From Alistipes sp. (GTDB lineage: Bacteria; Bacteroidota; Bacteroidia; Bacteroidales; Rikenellaceae), in assembly GCA_017560455.1 (NCBI GenBank), contig JAFZEY010000099.1, forward strand, positions 1,294 through 65,293: a stretch of DNA of 64,000 bases, written 5' to 3'. Position 1 is the first letter of the stretch. Every line of letters begins with the position of its first letter. This document shows positions 37,177 to 47,058 of this stretch, in pieces. The notes under the pieces were generated by a model that made no database searches, was not told where the DNA came from, and saw nothing but the letters and a program-made list of their open reading frames with translations. The position numbers and the translations under genes were made by a program.

Positions 37177-37593
37177 ATGGTCGATAAGCGCATCGTAGAT
37201 TTTATAAAGCGTCACCATGTGCTGACTCTCGCCACCGCATCGAGCGAGGGAGTGCCCTATTGCGCCGCCTGCTTCTACGCCTACGACAAGGAGCGCAACC
37301 GCCTCATCTTCACCTCTGACGACCACACTCGCCACGCGCAGGAGATGCTGCAAAATGCGAGCGTTGCCATAGGCATAACCCTCGAGACACGCATCGTGGG
37401 CAAGGTGCAGGGTGCGCAGATTTGCGGCACGGCCACACGCGGAGACGAGAAGGACAAGGCGCAATACATAAAGCGCTTCCCTTATGCCGCGGTTGCACCG
37501 TTGAATATTTGGGCCGTAGAGCCGTCATTTATAAAATTGACCGACAACACGCTCGGTTTCGGAAAGAAGTTGATATGGAACAGCCAAGAGTAG
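37177..37593 (+). CDS. Pyridoxamine 5'-phosphate oxidase-like FMN-binding protein (YhbP-like)
   Basis: HHVLTLAT, PYCAACFY, TRH and IKLTDNTLGFGKKLIW. Confidence 0.85.
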   Translation: MVDKRIVDFIKRHHVLTLATASSEGVPYCAACFYAYDKERNRLIFTSDDHTRHAQEMLQNASVAIGITLETRIVGKVQGAQICGTATRGDEKDKAQYIKRFPYAAVAPLNIWAVEPSFIKLTDNTLGFGKKLIWNSQE

Positions 37594-38276
37594 GAGTTAT
37601 TATCGTTGCCGGAGGTAGCGGAAAACGAATGGGTGGCACCCTTCCAAAGCAGTTTGCATTGGTGGGTGGTGAGCCTATTCTCGCCCGCACAATAAACACC
37701 TTCCGCAAGGCACTCCCCGCATCGCGTATCGTAGTGGTTTTACCCGCCGAATATATCGACTTCTGGAAAAACCTCTCGGCACGCTTCGAGGTGGCAAAGC
37801 ACTCGTTGGTCGAGGGTGGCGCAGAGCGCTTTTACTCCGTAAAAAATGGCATCGAAGCGTTGAGTGAGGCCGTAGATTTGATAGCTGTACAGGATGGCGT
37901 GCGCCCATTTGCATCGAAGGAGCTTATCCTTCGTGCCGTGAAGTGCGCAGCCGAGAATGGCTCGGCAATACCCGTTGTCAAGGCGGTGGATTCATATCGC
38001 GTGGTCGAGGGCGAGGAGTCGCACATAATAGACCGCACCCCACTGCGCATTGTGCAGACACCTCAAATCTTTGCTGCCCCAATCCTACGAGCAGCCTACG
38101 ACACCGATTTCCGCAACGAATTTACTGACGATGCCTCGGTGGTGGAGTTCTCGGGCGAGAAGATAGCTCTCTGCGAGGGCGAGTATGCCAATATCAAGAT
38201 AACCTCTCCGAACGATATGATCTTGGGCGAGGCGATAGCAAAAGAGATAAAAGAGAGTCATGGAGAAGGTCTATAA
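37575..38276 (+). CDS. ispD: 2-C-methyl-D-erythritol 4-phosphate cytidylyltransferase
   Basis: IIVAGGSGKRMG..LPKQF, GGAERFYSV, DGVRP, VQTPQ, TDDAS and NIKIT. Start moved to 37575. Confidence 0.92.
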   Translation: MEQPRVGVIIVAGGSGKRMGGTLPKQFALVGGEPILARTINTFRKALPASRIVVVLPAEYIDFWKNLSARFEVAKHSLVEGGAERFYSVKNGIEALSEAVDLIAVQDGVRPFASKELILRAVKCAAENGSAIPVVKAVDSYRVVEGEESHIIDRTPLRIVQTPQIFAAPILRAAYDTDFRNEFTDDASVVEFSGEKIALCEGEYANIKITSPNDMILGEAIAKEIKESHGEGL

Positions 38277-38781
38277 ACAGAAGCTCGGGCGACGAGTACC
38301 ATACACTTCGGCTCTATACATATTGGCCGTTGCCATAATATCAACCCTCCTGGCATTAGCCTACGAGGGCGGATATATATCAGCATGGTTTATCTCGCTG
38401 ATATTGGCCGTGTTGGCCCTTATGGTGCTCTCCATACCGCGCCGTGTGGTTGCCGACGAGGAGGGCATCGAGATACAGTGTATCGCCGAGGATACAACCC
38501 TGCAATATGGCGACATCGCCAGCATCCGTAAGATAGAAAAGCGCGAGATGAACGGCTGCATACCTATATTCGGTGCTGTGGGCTTCTTCGGACACTATGG
38601 CCGTTTCCTAAACCTCCGCACAATGGAGTTCGTTCATATCTACGCTTCACGCTGGGACAAGTTCGTCGAGATAACCGATATAGACGGCGGAAAGTACTAT
38701 ATCTCGTGCGAGGAGAGCGACGATATCGTCGCATTCGTCGAGGGCTACATCAAACCTCACGACACAAGAGAGAATATCTAA
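38260..38781 (+). CDS. Two-TM bacterial PH-domain protein
   Basis: Two TM helices, then IFGAVGFFGHYGRF and YYISC (bPH_5-like). Confidence 0.7.
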   Translation: MEKVYKQKLGRRVPYTSALYILAVAIISTLLALAYEGGYISAWFISLILAVLALMVLSIPRRVVADEEGIEIQCIAEDTTLQYGDIASIRKIEKREMNGCIPIFGAVGFFGHYGRFLNLRTMEFVHIYASRWDKFVEITDIDGGKYYISCEESDDIVAFVEGYIKPHDTRENI

Positions 38782-38948
38782 ACAGAGAAGTAGCTACAAG
38801 CAATAGGATTTATAGGAACACATCTGCGATGCTTGATAGGATAAATAGTATTGACAAGACTATCCACATAAAAATACTATTAAGAGCATAGCTCTATTCC
38901 CATAAAGCCGATTTATCGGCAAATCCTACGCCATCCTATCTACCCCAC

Positions 38949-39071
38949 AAAATCATCTTTAAGTAGGTAGTTGCAACGCCATCAAAGAAAAATGAGATGG
39001 GAGCATACTTGGCGTATGTGACCATCTCATTTTGCGAAGATAAGGAAGCAAATGCCCCTTAAAGTGATTTT
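38949..39071. repeat. Palindromic dispersed element, copy 3
   Basis: Terminal IR AAAATCATCTTTAAG...TTGC / GCAA...CTTAAAGTGATTTT. Core is AAAATGAGATGG-GAG-CATAC-ttggc-GTATG-TGA-CCATCTCATTTT. It overlaps the stop codon at 39059-39061. Confidence 0.85.
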
Positions 39072-39811
39072 TTTGCGCGCTTTGCCATCGCTGACGCAAA
39101 CACAAAATCATTCAACTCCTGATTGTCGGCGTGGAGAATATCATCTTTGGTACCCTCCCACCACTTCTTACCTTGGTGGATATAGACGATTTTCTCGCCA
39201 ATCTCCATTACGGAGTTCATATCATGAGTGTTGATGATGGTGGTAATATTATACTCAACAGTAATATCGTGGATAAGATTATCGATAACGATAGAGGTCT
39301 GTGGGTCGAGACCTGAGTTAGGCTCATCGCAAAAGAGATACTTGGGATTGAGCACTATGGCACGCGCAATGGCAGCACGCTTAATCATACCGCCGGATAG
39401 CTCGGATGGATAAAGGTGGCCTGCGTGAGAGAGCTCGACGCGCTCCAGACACTCACGAACACGCTTATCCTTCTCGGCTGCGGTGCGATTGGTGAACATA
39501 TCGAGTGGCAGGCGCACATTCTCATACACAGTAGAGGAGTCGAGAAGTGCTCCGCCCTGGAATATCATACCAAGCTCGCGACGCACCTCCTTGCGCTCGG
39601 CAAAGGAGAGGGCTGTATAGCTCTTATCGTCATAGAAGATATTGCCGCTATCGGGCTCGTGAAGTCCGACAAGGGTTTTCAAAAGTACCGTCTTACCCGA
39701 GCCGCTTCGACCAATGATAAGGTTTGTCTTTCCCGATTCGAACTCGACCGAGATATTCTCCAAGATGGTGCGACCATCGAAGGATTTGGATATATTTTCG
39801 CACTTAATCAT
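39059..39811 (-). CDS. mlaF: MlaF-family ABC ATPase
   Basis: GRSGSGKT, GMIFQGGAL, LSGGM, FCDEPNSGLDP and THD; adjacent to MlaE. Confidence 0.88.
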   Translation of the reverse strand: MIKCENISKSFDGRTILENISVEFESGKTNLIIGRSGSGKTVLLKTLVGLHEPDSGNIFYDDKSYTALSFAERKEVRRELGMIFQGGALLDSSTVYENVRLPLDMFTNRTAAEKDKRVRECLERVELSHAGHLYPSELSGGMIKRAAIARAIVLNPKYLFCDEPNSGLDPQTSIVIDNLIHDITVEYNITTIINTHDMNSVMEIGEKIVYIHQGKKWWEGTKDDILHADNQELNDFVFASAMAKRAKKSL

Positions 39812-39823
39812 CGTCTGTTCCGT

Positions 39824-40579
39824 TTAGGTCAGCATCAGCTGGGTTAGGATAAGGTTGAATATCATAATGGTAATCGAGCTCGCCACAACGGCGCGAGTCG
39901 AAGCACGACCCACCTCCAACGAATTGCCCTTTGGCATATAGCCAAAGTAGGCGGAAATGGAGGTTATGATAAAGGCAAACACTGCCATCTTAATCAGCGA
40001 GTAGGCGATCTCGAACGGGATGAAGTAGTAGTGCAAACCCTCGATATACTCGGCCGGAAGCACAATGCCCGTGAAGAAGGCGATAAGATAACCTCCGACA
40101 GTTCCGATCATCATACTGAACATAGCCAGAAGCGGGAAGAAGAGCACCGTAGCAATAATCTTCGGAAGAATGAGGTATGCTGCCGAATTTACACCCATAA
40201 TCTCCAAGGCATCAATCTGCTCGGTGATGCGCATGGTACCAATCTCTGAAGCGATATTCGAGCCCACCTTTCCGGCGAGGATAATCGCAATGACGGTCGA
40301 AGAGAACTCCAAGGTCATGGTCTCACGCGTAGCGTAGCCAATCATAAACTTAGGAATGAATGGCGACTCCAAGGTAATTCCCATCTGCAAAGCGATTACA
40401 GCACCGATAAAAATCGAGATAATCGCCACCAGCGGTATCGAATTGATGCCGAGAGTCTCAATCTCGGTTAGTACGCGGCGATAGTAGATACCCATCTTCT
40501 CGGGGCGCGAGAAGACCTTATACATAAGCTGCATATATCTTCCTATTGCCGCAAAAAACTCTTTTATTAATTTTATCAT
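39824..40579 (-). CDS. mlaE: MlaE-family ABC permease
   Basis: AGKVGSNIASEIGTMRITEQIDALEIMG and VGRASTRAVV. Confidence 0.9.
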   Translation of the reverse strand: MIKLIKEFFAAIGRYMQLMYKVFSRPEKMGIYYRRVLTEIETLGINSIPLVAIISIFIGAVIALQMGITLESPFIPKFMIGYATRETMTLEFSSTVIAIILAGKVGSNIASEIGTMRITEQIDALEIMGVNSAAYLILPKIIATVLFFPLLAMFSMMIGTVGGYLIAFFTGIVLPAEYIEGLHYYFIPFEIAYSLIKMAVFAFIITSISAYFGYMPKGNSLEVGRASTRAVVASSITIMIFNLILTQLMLT

Positions 40580-40609
40580 ATCCGTTTAAGGCCACATCAA
40601 AATATGTGG

Positions 40610-40975
40610 CTATTTGTTTGACTCCTCGTTTTTTACCTCCTTGAAATCGACATACTCACCGACATCATCGCTCACACGCTGTTCGGTAGGCTCGGTGCGA
40701 ATAACCGTAACCTCTCCCTCACTCTTCGGAGATCTGCGCCACCACGACTGCTGTGACTGCTGCTCGAAGTGCTCACCCGCCTGACGGCGTGCCTCCTCGT
40801 ATATTTTCTGTTGCTGACGGCGTACTCTCCACACCAAAACAAGCAACATCAAGAATACAAATGCGATGGGAAGTACGAACACAAGTGACCACGGTACCGC
40901 TACAACAAGCGTAATAATCAACACAATAGCAAATATATTGCGTCTAACAAAGTCCCATAATCCACCCCAAATCAT
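40610..40975 (-). CDS. DUF4834-like small membrane protein
   Basis: N-terminal TMs and C-terminal EGEVTV...VGEYVDFKEVK. Confidence 0.7.
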   Translation of the reverse strand: MIWGGLWDFVRRNIFAIVLIITLVVAVPWSLVFVLPIAFVFLMLLVLVWRVRRQQQKIYEEARRQAGEHFEQQSQQSWWRRSPKSEGEVTVIRTEPTEQRVSDDVGEYVDFKEVKNEESNK

Positions 40976-41384
40976 CTATCGTACCTAATTTTATATAATA
41001 CACTGCGCAAAGATAGACAAAAAAACGGGAAACTAATACCACAAAGCGAAAAACAGATGATAAAAAACAGAAATCGCGACTGAAAATCGAAAGCCGCAAC
41101 TCGGCCGTTCGACACAAGATGAGGGAGAGAAATTGGGTGTCGCCCCACCATTTTTTTGACGGTAACAGAAAAAACAACGAGAATAAAAATTTCAAAAAAT
41201 GGCTCCTACGGCACTACACGCAAGGTTTAAAATAATTGTTAATAACTTGTCAAAAAGTACCCATTTTTCGTTTCGCTTTTCAGAGTAAAGACGCTAACTT
41301 TGTATCGGTAAATTTCGGAAAAGCGCCCTTCCAAAAGGAGAGTATTTTCACCTAACGGAAAAACAACTTAATACCATATATACA

Positions 41385-43931
41385 ATGAAGAATAACTCGA
41401 CTCTTAAAAAAGTCCAGTACGCTGACGCTGTCGCAGCTTCGAAGGAGTACTTCGGAGGTGACGAACTCGCTGCAACAGTGTGGGTTAGCAAATACGCTTT
41501 GAAGGATTCGCAGGGTAACATCTACGAGTCTTCTCCGGAGCAGATGCACTATCGTCTGGCACGAGAGCTTGCCCGTATCGAGAGTAAGTACGGCGAGCCT
41601 CTTTCGGAGCAGGAAATTTTCGACCTGCTCGACCACTTCCGCTATGTGATTCCGCAGGGCGGTCCAATGACAGGTATCGGTAACAACTTGCAGGTGGCTT
41701 CGTTGTCGAACTGCTTCGTTATCGGTCACAAGAATCCGGCTGACTCTTACGGTGGTATCTTCCGTATGGATGAGGAGCAGGTACAGCTGATGAAGCGCCG
41801 TGGCGGTGTAGGTCACGACCTCTCTCACATCCGTCCTTCGGGAAGCCCTGTATTGAACTCGGCACTCACCTCGACAGGTATCGTTCCTTTCATGGAGCGC
41901 TACTCAAACTCTACCCGTGAGGTTGCTCAGGATGGTCGTCGTGGAGCATTGATGCTCTCGATCTCGATCAAGCACCCTGATTCGGAGAAGTTTATCGATG
42001 CAAAACTCGACACAAACAAGGTTACCGGTGCGAATGTTTCGGTAAAGATTGATGACGAGTTTATGCGCGCTGCCATCGAGGGTCGCACCTATACTCAGCA
42101 GTTCCCTATCAACGCCGATAAGCCAAAGATCGTGCAGAACATCGACGCATCGAAGCTTTGGGGCAAGATTATCCACAACGCTTGGAAGTCGGCTGAGCCG
42201 GGAGTATTGTTCTGGGATACCATCATCCGTGAGAGTGTACCTGACTGCTACGCTGACGAGGGTTTCGTAACCGTTTCGACAAACCCTTGCGGCGAGATTC
42301 CGTTGTGTCCATACGACAGCTGCCGTTTGTTGGCTATCAACCTCTATAGCTATGTAGAGAATCCTTTCACCAAGGAGGCTACATTCAACTTCGACCTCTT
42401 CAAGAAGCATATTCATATGGCTATGCACTTGATGGACGACATCATCGACCTCGAGTTGGAGAAGGTTGATCTTATCATCAACAAGATCGCTTCGGACCCT
42501 GAGGATAAGGATGTTCGTCGCGTGGAGCTCGACTTGTGGCACAAGATTAAGGATATGGCTATCAAGGGTCGCCGTACAGGTCTCGGTATTACCGCTGAGG
42601 GCGATATGTTGGCAGCACTCGGTTTGCGCTACGGCTCGAACAAGGCTCTCGACTTCGCTACCAAGGTACACCAGACACTCGCTGTTGAGGCTTACCGCGA
42701 GTCTGTAAATATGGCTCGTGTTCGTGGTCCTTTCACCGTATTCAACGCCGAGAAGGAGAAGAACAACCCTATGATCAACCGACTCAAGGAGGCAGATGCA
42801 TCACTCTATGAGAATATGGTTAAGTATGGTCGTCGCAATATCGCAATGCTTACCAGTGCACCAACAGGTACAACTTCGTTGATGTCGCAGACAACATCGG
42901 GTATCGAGCCTGTATTCCGTCCTGTTTACAAGCGCCGTCGTAAGATCAACCCATCGGATCGTGATGTTAAGGCAACATTCACCGACGAGCAGGGTCAGAT
43001 GTTCGAGGAGTACAATGTATACCATCACAAGTTCGTAGATTGGTTGCGCATCAACGGCTACGATATCTCTCGCCTCGACACCATCAGCGACGAGGAGTTG
43101 GATAAGTGGGTTGCTGCATCGCCTTACCACAAGGCTACCGCAAACGACATCGACTGGGTCGCTAAGGTTAAGATGCAGGGTGCTATCCAGAAGTGGGTAG
43201 ACCACTCGATTTCGGTTACCGTAAACCTCCCGAACAACATTTCGGAGAAGATGGTGGCAGATGTATACCGCACCGCTTGGGAGTCGGGCTGTAAGGGTAT
43301 CACCGTATATCGTGACGGTTGCCGTGCAGGTGTGCTCGTAGACAAGAAGAGCAAGAAGACCGAGGCTCCAAAGTGCGAGGAGGCAACAGGCGAGAATCGC
43401 CGTCCTAAGACAATTCCTGCCGATGTCATTCGTTTCAAGAACGGCTCGGAGATGTGGATTGCATTCGTAGGTATGGTTGAGGGTCGTCCATACGAGATCT
43501 TCACCGGTAAGATCGAGGACGACGCTATGTATATCCCTCCAAAGATCACCAAGGGTAGCATCATCAAGGTCCGTGAGGAGGATGGTTCGAAGCGTTACGA
43601 CTTCCAATACACCGACCGCTATGGATACACCAACACCATCGGAGGTATCTCGCGTTTGTTCGATGAGAGCTTCTGGAACTATGCGAAGTTGATCTCGGGT
43701 GTATTGCGTTACCATATGCCAATCGAGAAGGTTGTGGCATTGATTGACGGTTTGCACCTCGATGATGAGAATATCAACACTTGGAAGAATGGTGTTAAGC
43801 GTGCCTTGAAGCAGTACATCGAGGACGGAACCCGCTCGAAGGGCAAGTGCCCACAGTGTGGTCAGGAGCAGATGGCATACCAGAACGGTTGCCTCACTTG
43901 TCTCTCGTGTGGCTACTCGAAGTGCGGTTAG
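41385..43931 (+). CDS. nrdJ: Class II (adenosylcobalamin-dependent) ribonucleotide reductase
   Basis: SLSNCF, RRGALM, TNPCGEIPL, APTGT, SGIEP, GCKGITVYRDG and a C-terminal CxxC...CxxC. Promoter TAACTTTG at 41295-41302. Confidence 0.93.
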   Translation: MKNNSTLKKVQYADAVAASKEYFGGDELAATVWVSKYALKDSQGNIYESSPEQMHYRLARELARIESKYGEPLSEQEIFDLLDHFRYVIPQGGPMTGIGNNLQVASLSNCFVIGHKNPADSYGGIFRMDEEQVQLMKRRGGVGHDLSHIRPSGSPVLNSALTSTGIVPFMERYSNSTREVAQDGRRGALMLSISIKHPDSEKFIDAKLDTNKVTGANVSVKIDDEFMRAAIEGRTYTQQFPINADKPKIVQNIDASKLWGKIIHNAWKSAEPGVLFWDTIIRESVPDCYADEGFVTVSTNPCGEIPLCPYDSCRLLAINLYSYVENPFTKEATFNFDLFKKHIHMAMHLMDDIIDLELEKVDLIINKIASDPEDKDVRRVELDLWHKIKDMAIKGRRTGLGITAEGDMLAALGLRYGSNKALDFATKVHQTLAVEAYRESVNMARVRGPFTVFNAEKEKNNPMINRLKEADASLYENMVKYGRRNIAMLTSAPTGTTSLMSQTTSGIEPVFRPVYKRRRKINPSDRDVKATFTDEQGQMFEEYNVYHHKFVDWLRINGYDISRLDTISDEELDKWVAASPYHKATANDIDWVAKVKMQGAIQKWVDHSISVTVNLPNNISEKMVADVYRTAWESGCKGITVYRDGCRAGVLVDKKSKKTEAPKCEEATGENRRPKTIPADVIRFKNGSEMWIAFVGMVEGRPYEIFTGKIEDDAMYIPPKITKGSIIKVREEDGSKRYDFQYTDRYGYTNTIGGISRLFDESFWNYAKLISGVLRYHMPIEKVVALIDGLHLDDENINTWKNGVKRALKQYIEDGTRSKGKCPQCGQEQMAYQNGCLTCLSCGYSKCG

Positions 43932-43949
43932 CAGATACCTTGAATCAAC

Positions 43950-43984
43950 AAAACAGACGGCTGAACAGGCCGTCTGTTTTTGTT
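43950..43984 (+). terminator. Intrinsic terminator after nrdJ
   Basis: AAAACAGACGGC-7nt-GCCGTCTGTTTTTGTT. Confidence 0.85.
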
Positions 43985-44031
43985 AATCCCTGCACGATTA
44001 TTGATTTGCCATAGAACAAAAAGGCAGATTT

Positions 44032-46404
44032 ATGGTAAAATCAGGCAGAGCAATACTATTGGCGGCAGCACTACTATGCCCCATAGCGGCGGTGGCATTT
44101 ACAGTGCGAGGACGAGTAATTTCGACCACCTCGCGACAAGGTATTCCCTACGCATCGGTTGTAGTGGATGGTAACTACACCAAAGGTGCTGCTACCGACT
44201 CACTCGGATACTTCACAATCGAGAATATGCAGGGCGGAGTTGCGCGCTTCGAGGCGTCGTGTGTCGGTTATACCACCGTGATAACGCCCGAATACATCAT
44301 CTCGCCCTCTACCCCGCTAATCGAGATCGAGCTGGAGGAGTCTTTCTCGACAATTGATGCGGTAGCAGTTGCACCCTCGCCCTACGCCCGCGATATCGAG
44401 AGTCCCGTAAGCCTTCGCGCCATAGGCATTGGCGAGTTAGAGCGCAGTGCCGGAGCCAATCGCGATGTGGCGCGCATTGTCCGCACCCTACCGGGTGTGG
44501 CATTCTCGCCTATCGGCTACCGCAACGACCTTATTGTACGAGGTGGTGGGCCGTTGGAAAATACATTCTACATCGACGGCATCGAGATTCCCAACATCAA
44601 CCACTTTGCCACGCAGGGTGCCTCGGGAGGCCCCGTGAGCATCCTCAATGCCGATCTTATCCGCCAGGTAAAGTTCTACACGGGAGCATTCCCCGTAGAT
44701 AGGGGCAACGCGCTCAGCTCGGTGATGGAAATATCGTTGCGCGACGGCAACCCCGACAAGCAGCGATTCAAGGCGACACTCGGAGCCTCGGAGGTAGCAT
44801 TTAGCGGTAGCGGCCACTTCGACAAGAGGGCGACATACCTCTTTTCGGTGCGACAATCCTACCTGCAACTACTCTTCAAGTTGCTCGGACTTCCATTTCT
44901 GCCAAACTATATCGATGCCCAGACAAAGGTGCGCATACGCCCCTCAGAGAGCTATGAGATAACCATCCTTGGGCTTATGGGCGTGGATAATATGCGCCTG
45001 AATCTCGACAAAAAGGAGGAGTCGAACGAGTATATTTTGAGTTATATCCCAAAAATCGAGCAGGAGACATTTACGGTCGGTGCGACAATGAAACACTTTG
45101 GTGGCCGACATATACAAACCCTCTCGGCGGGGTATAGTTTTTTGGCCAATCGCAATAAGAAATATATCGACAACGACGAATCGAGCGAGGAGAATCTGCG
45201 CCTTCGACTTCGCTCTACAGAGGGTAAGGCGACCATCCGTTTCGAGAACCGTTCGCTACTCGGGCAGTGGCGACTGCGCGAGGGTGCAGAGCTATCGTTG
45301 CGCCACTTTTTCGCCAACTCAAAGCAGCTTCTGCCGAGCAATGAGCGCGCCTACTTCAACTACGACACCCACCTCTCCTTTGTGGGTTATGCACTCTTCT
45401 TCTCGGCCGACTATCGCTCTCTAAACGAGCGACTCACCGCCTCTATGGGTGTGCGTATGGATGGCACCTCCTACTCCTCGAAGATGGCTCAACCTTGGCG
45501 ACAGCTATCACCCCGCGCGTCAATATCCTACTCTCTCGGCAAGGGATTTTATGTGAGTGGCAGCACGGGAGCATACTACGAGCTACCACCCCTCACCTCG
45601 CTCGGCTATCGCGAAGATGGCCGCCTTGTAAATCGGACATTGGAGTATATGCGTGTCTTCTCCTCGGCCGTGGGCACAGAGTATCGCCTACGCGACAGAT
45701 TGTCCGTATCGTTAGAGGGATTTTACAAACTATACTCGCAAGTGCCACTATCGGTGGCAGACGATGTACCCCTGACCTGCAAGGGTAACGACTACGGCGT
45801 CGCGGGCAACGAGGCGCTAATCTCTACAGCACAAGGCCGAGCCTATGGTGCAGAGCTATCGGCGCGATGGAAGATACCGAACAAAGTTACTCTCGTTGGA
45901 GCCTTCACCCTCTATTGGAGTGAATACCGCAGCAATCGCCACGCGCCATACATCCCTTCGGCGTGGGATAATCGCTGGGTGGCAAATGTGAGTGGTACCT
46001 ACGATTTCCCGCATCGTTGGAGCCTGGGCGCAAAGCTGAGTGCCATAGGCGGTGCGCCTTACACACCTTACGACGAGGAGCTTACATCGCTAAAAAGCTA
46101 TTGGGATGCCGCAGGTCGTGCCGCCCTTGACTACTCGCGCTACAACGAGGGACGGCTAAAACCCTTTGTGCAGCTCGATATCCGCGTGGATAAGGTATGG
46201 GAGTTCCGCAAGTGGGGCTTAGGCCTATATCTCGACCTCGAAAATGTTACTTTCAGCGAGATAACCCTCCCCGATGCGCTCCTAAGTACGGGCATAATAA
46301 AAAATCCCTCTGCCCCACTTGCGGAACAGAGGTATGAATTGAAAAAAATCACTCAACGCAACGGAACGCTCGTTCCGACAATCGGCATCACGGCCGAATT
46401 TTAG
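44032..46404 (+). CDS. TonB-dependent receptor (non-SusC type)
   Basis: Signal peptide, carboxypeptidase-regulatory-like N domain, plug (TLPGV, VRGG, YIDGIEIPN), beta-barrel and C-terminal Phe. Confidence 0.9.
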   Translation: MVKSGRAILLAAALLCPIAAVAFTVRGRVISTTSRQGIPYASVVVDGNYTKGAATDSLGYFTIENMQGGVARFEASCVGYTTVITPEYIISPSTPLIEIELEESFSTIDAVAVAPSPYARDIESPVSLRAIGIGELERSAGANRDVARIVRTLPGVAFSPIGYRNDLIVRGGGPLENTFYIDGIEIPNINHFATQGASGGPVSILNADLIRQVKFYTGAFPVDRGNALSSVMEISLRDGNPDKQRFKATLGASEVAFSGSGHFDKRATYLFSVRQSYLQLLFKLLGLPFLPNYIDAQTKVRIRPSESYEITILGLMGVDNMRLNLDKKEESNEYILSYIPKIEQETFTVGATMKHFGGRHIQTLSAGYSFLANRNKKYIDNDESSEENLRLRLRSTEGKATIRFENRSLLGQWRLREGAELSLRHFFANSKQLLPSNERAYFNYDTHLSFVGYALFFSADYRSLNERLTASMGVRMDGTSYSSKMAQPWRQLSPRASISYSLGKGFYVSGSTGAYYELPPLTSLGYREDGRLVNRTLEYMRVFSSAVGTEYRLRDRLSVSLEGFYKLYSQVPLSVADDVPLTCKGNDYGVAGNEALISTAQGRAYGAELSARWKIPNKVTLVGAFTLYWSEYRSNRHAPYIPSAWDNRWVANVSGTYDFPHRWSLGAKLSAIGGAPYTPYDEELTSLKSYWDAAGRAALDYSRYNEGRLKPFVQLDIRVDKVWEFRKWGLGLYLDLENVTFSEITLPDALLSTGIIKNPSAPLAEQRYELKKITQRNGTLVPTIGITAEF

Positions 46405-46417
46405 CGAAGAGAGCAGG

Positions 46418-46972
46418 CTACTCCTTGAAGAGATCGACCTCACCCCTCTCGACCTTGTGATAGTAGTCGGTGAGGAGTGCTATCAGTGGCGACACAACCT
46501 CGATAGTGTCGGCTACAGCCTTCTCGCCCTGTCCCTTGATGCGGTAAAGCATCGCAGCATAGAGCGCGCGGAAACAGAGTTCGGTATCGCTCATATCACT
46601 CTCCTTGCCGAGTCGAGAGCGCAAGGCTGGGAGATGTTCCGTAAAGAGTGCATATCGCTGACGGTAGTCGGCGCCCAACTCCTGCTGCTGCATAAGGCGA
46701 AGGTGCAAATCGTGGAGGTCGGAGATAAGATGCAGAGTGTGGTCGAGGTGACCCGACTCCTCCTTACGCTCCTGCGCGAGAAGTCCTGCAATATCTAGAT
46801 ACCACGCCAAGAGCACCTGCTCGTGTGCCGAGTCGAGGTTGCGTGGTTTAACGAGGGTAGAATAGATCGCCTCGGGAGAGAACTGCAATGCTCGCAACAA
46901 ATCCTCCAACTGCCACAAGTACAATATGTACTCGGCGATATTCTCTTTTCGTTTCTGTTGTGCTATATCCAT
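46418..46972 (-). CDS. DUF4924-family protein
   Basis: MDIAQQKRKENIAEYILYLWQLEDLLRA. Start at 46972, with a TACCTTTG promoter on the minus strand at 46992-46999. Confidence 0.8.
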   Translation of the reverse strand: MDIAQQKRKENIAEYILYLWQLEDLLRALQFSPEAIYSTLVKPRNLDSAHEQVLLAWYLDIAGLLAQERKEESGHLDHTLHLISDLHDLHLRLMQQQELGADYRQRYALFTEHLPALRSRLGKESDMSDTELCFRALYAAMLYRIKGQGEKAVADTIEVVSPLIALLTDYYHKVERGEVDLFKE

Positions 46973-47005
46973 AATTCTATTTTTTATTGTGCAAAGGTAT
47001 AAAAA

Positions 47006-47036
47006 ACTCTCCACTCTCAACTCTCCACTCTCAACT
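47006..47036. repeat. Heptamer tandem repeat (ACTCTCC/ACTCTCA)x4 between divergent promoters
   Basis: actctcc actctca actctcc actctca act. Confidence 0.85.
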
Positions 47037-47058
47037 TTTTACTATCTTTGTAGCCACT

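Noticed and set aside
37422-37574. Long N-terminal extensions in the ORF track (ispD; also uvrD 46987, nrnA 50021, surE 11950, PHP 35872)
   Set aside because: They overlap neighbouring genes or promoter motifs. Family homology begins at the downstream ATGs.
39059-40579. mlaEF without mlaD as an incomplete system
   Set aside because: The MCE/MlaD gene is commonly unlinked in Bacteroidetes, so its absence from this window is uninformative.
40976-41384. Cobalamin riboswitch or NrdR boxes upstream of nrdJ
   Set aside because: No B12-box or GGGAA core is recognisable. The ACCATATATAC near the start is only a weak AT-rich match, and NrdR is generally absent from Bacteroidetes.
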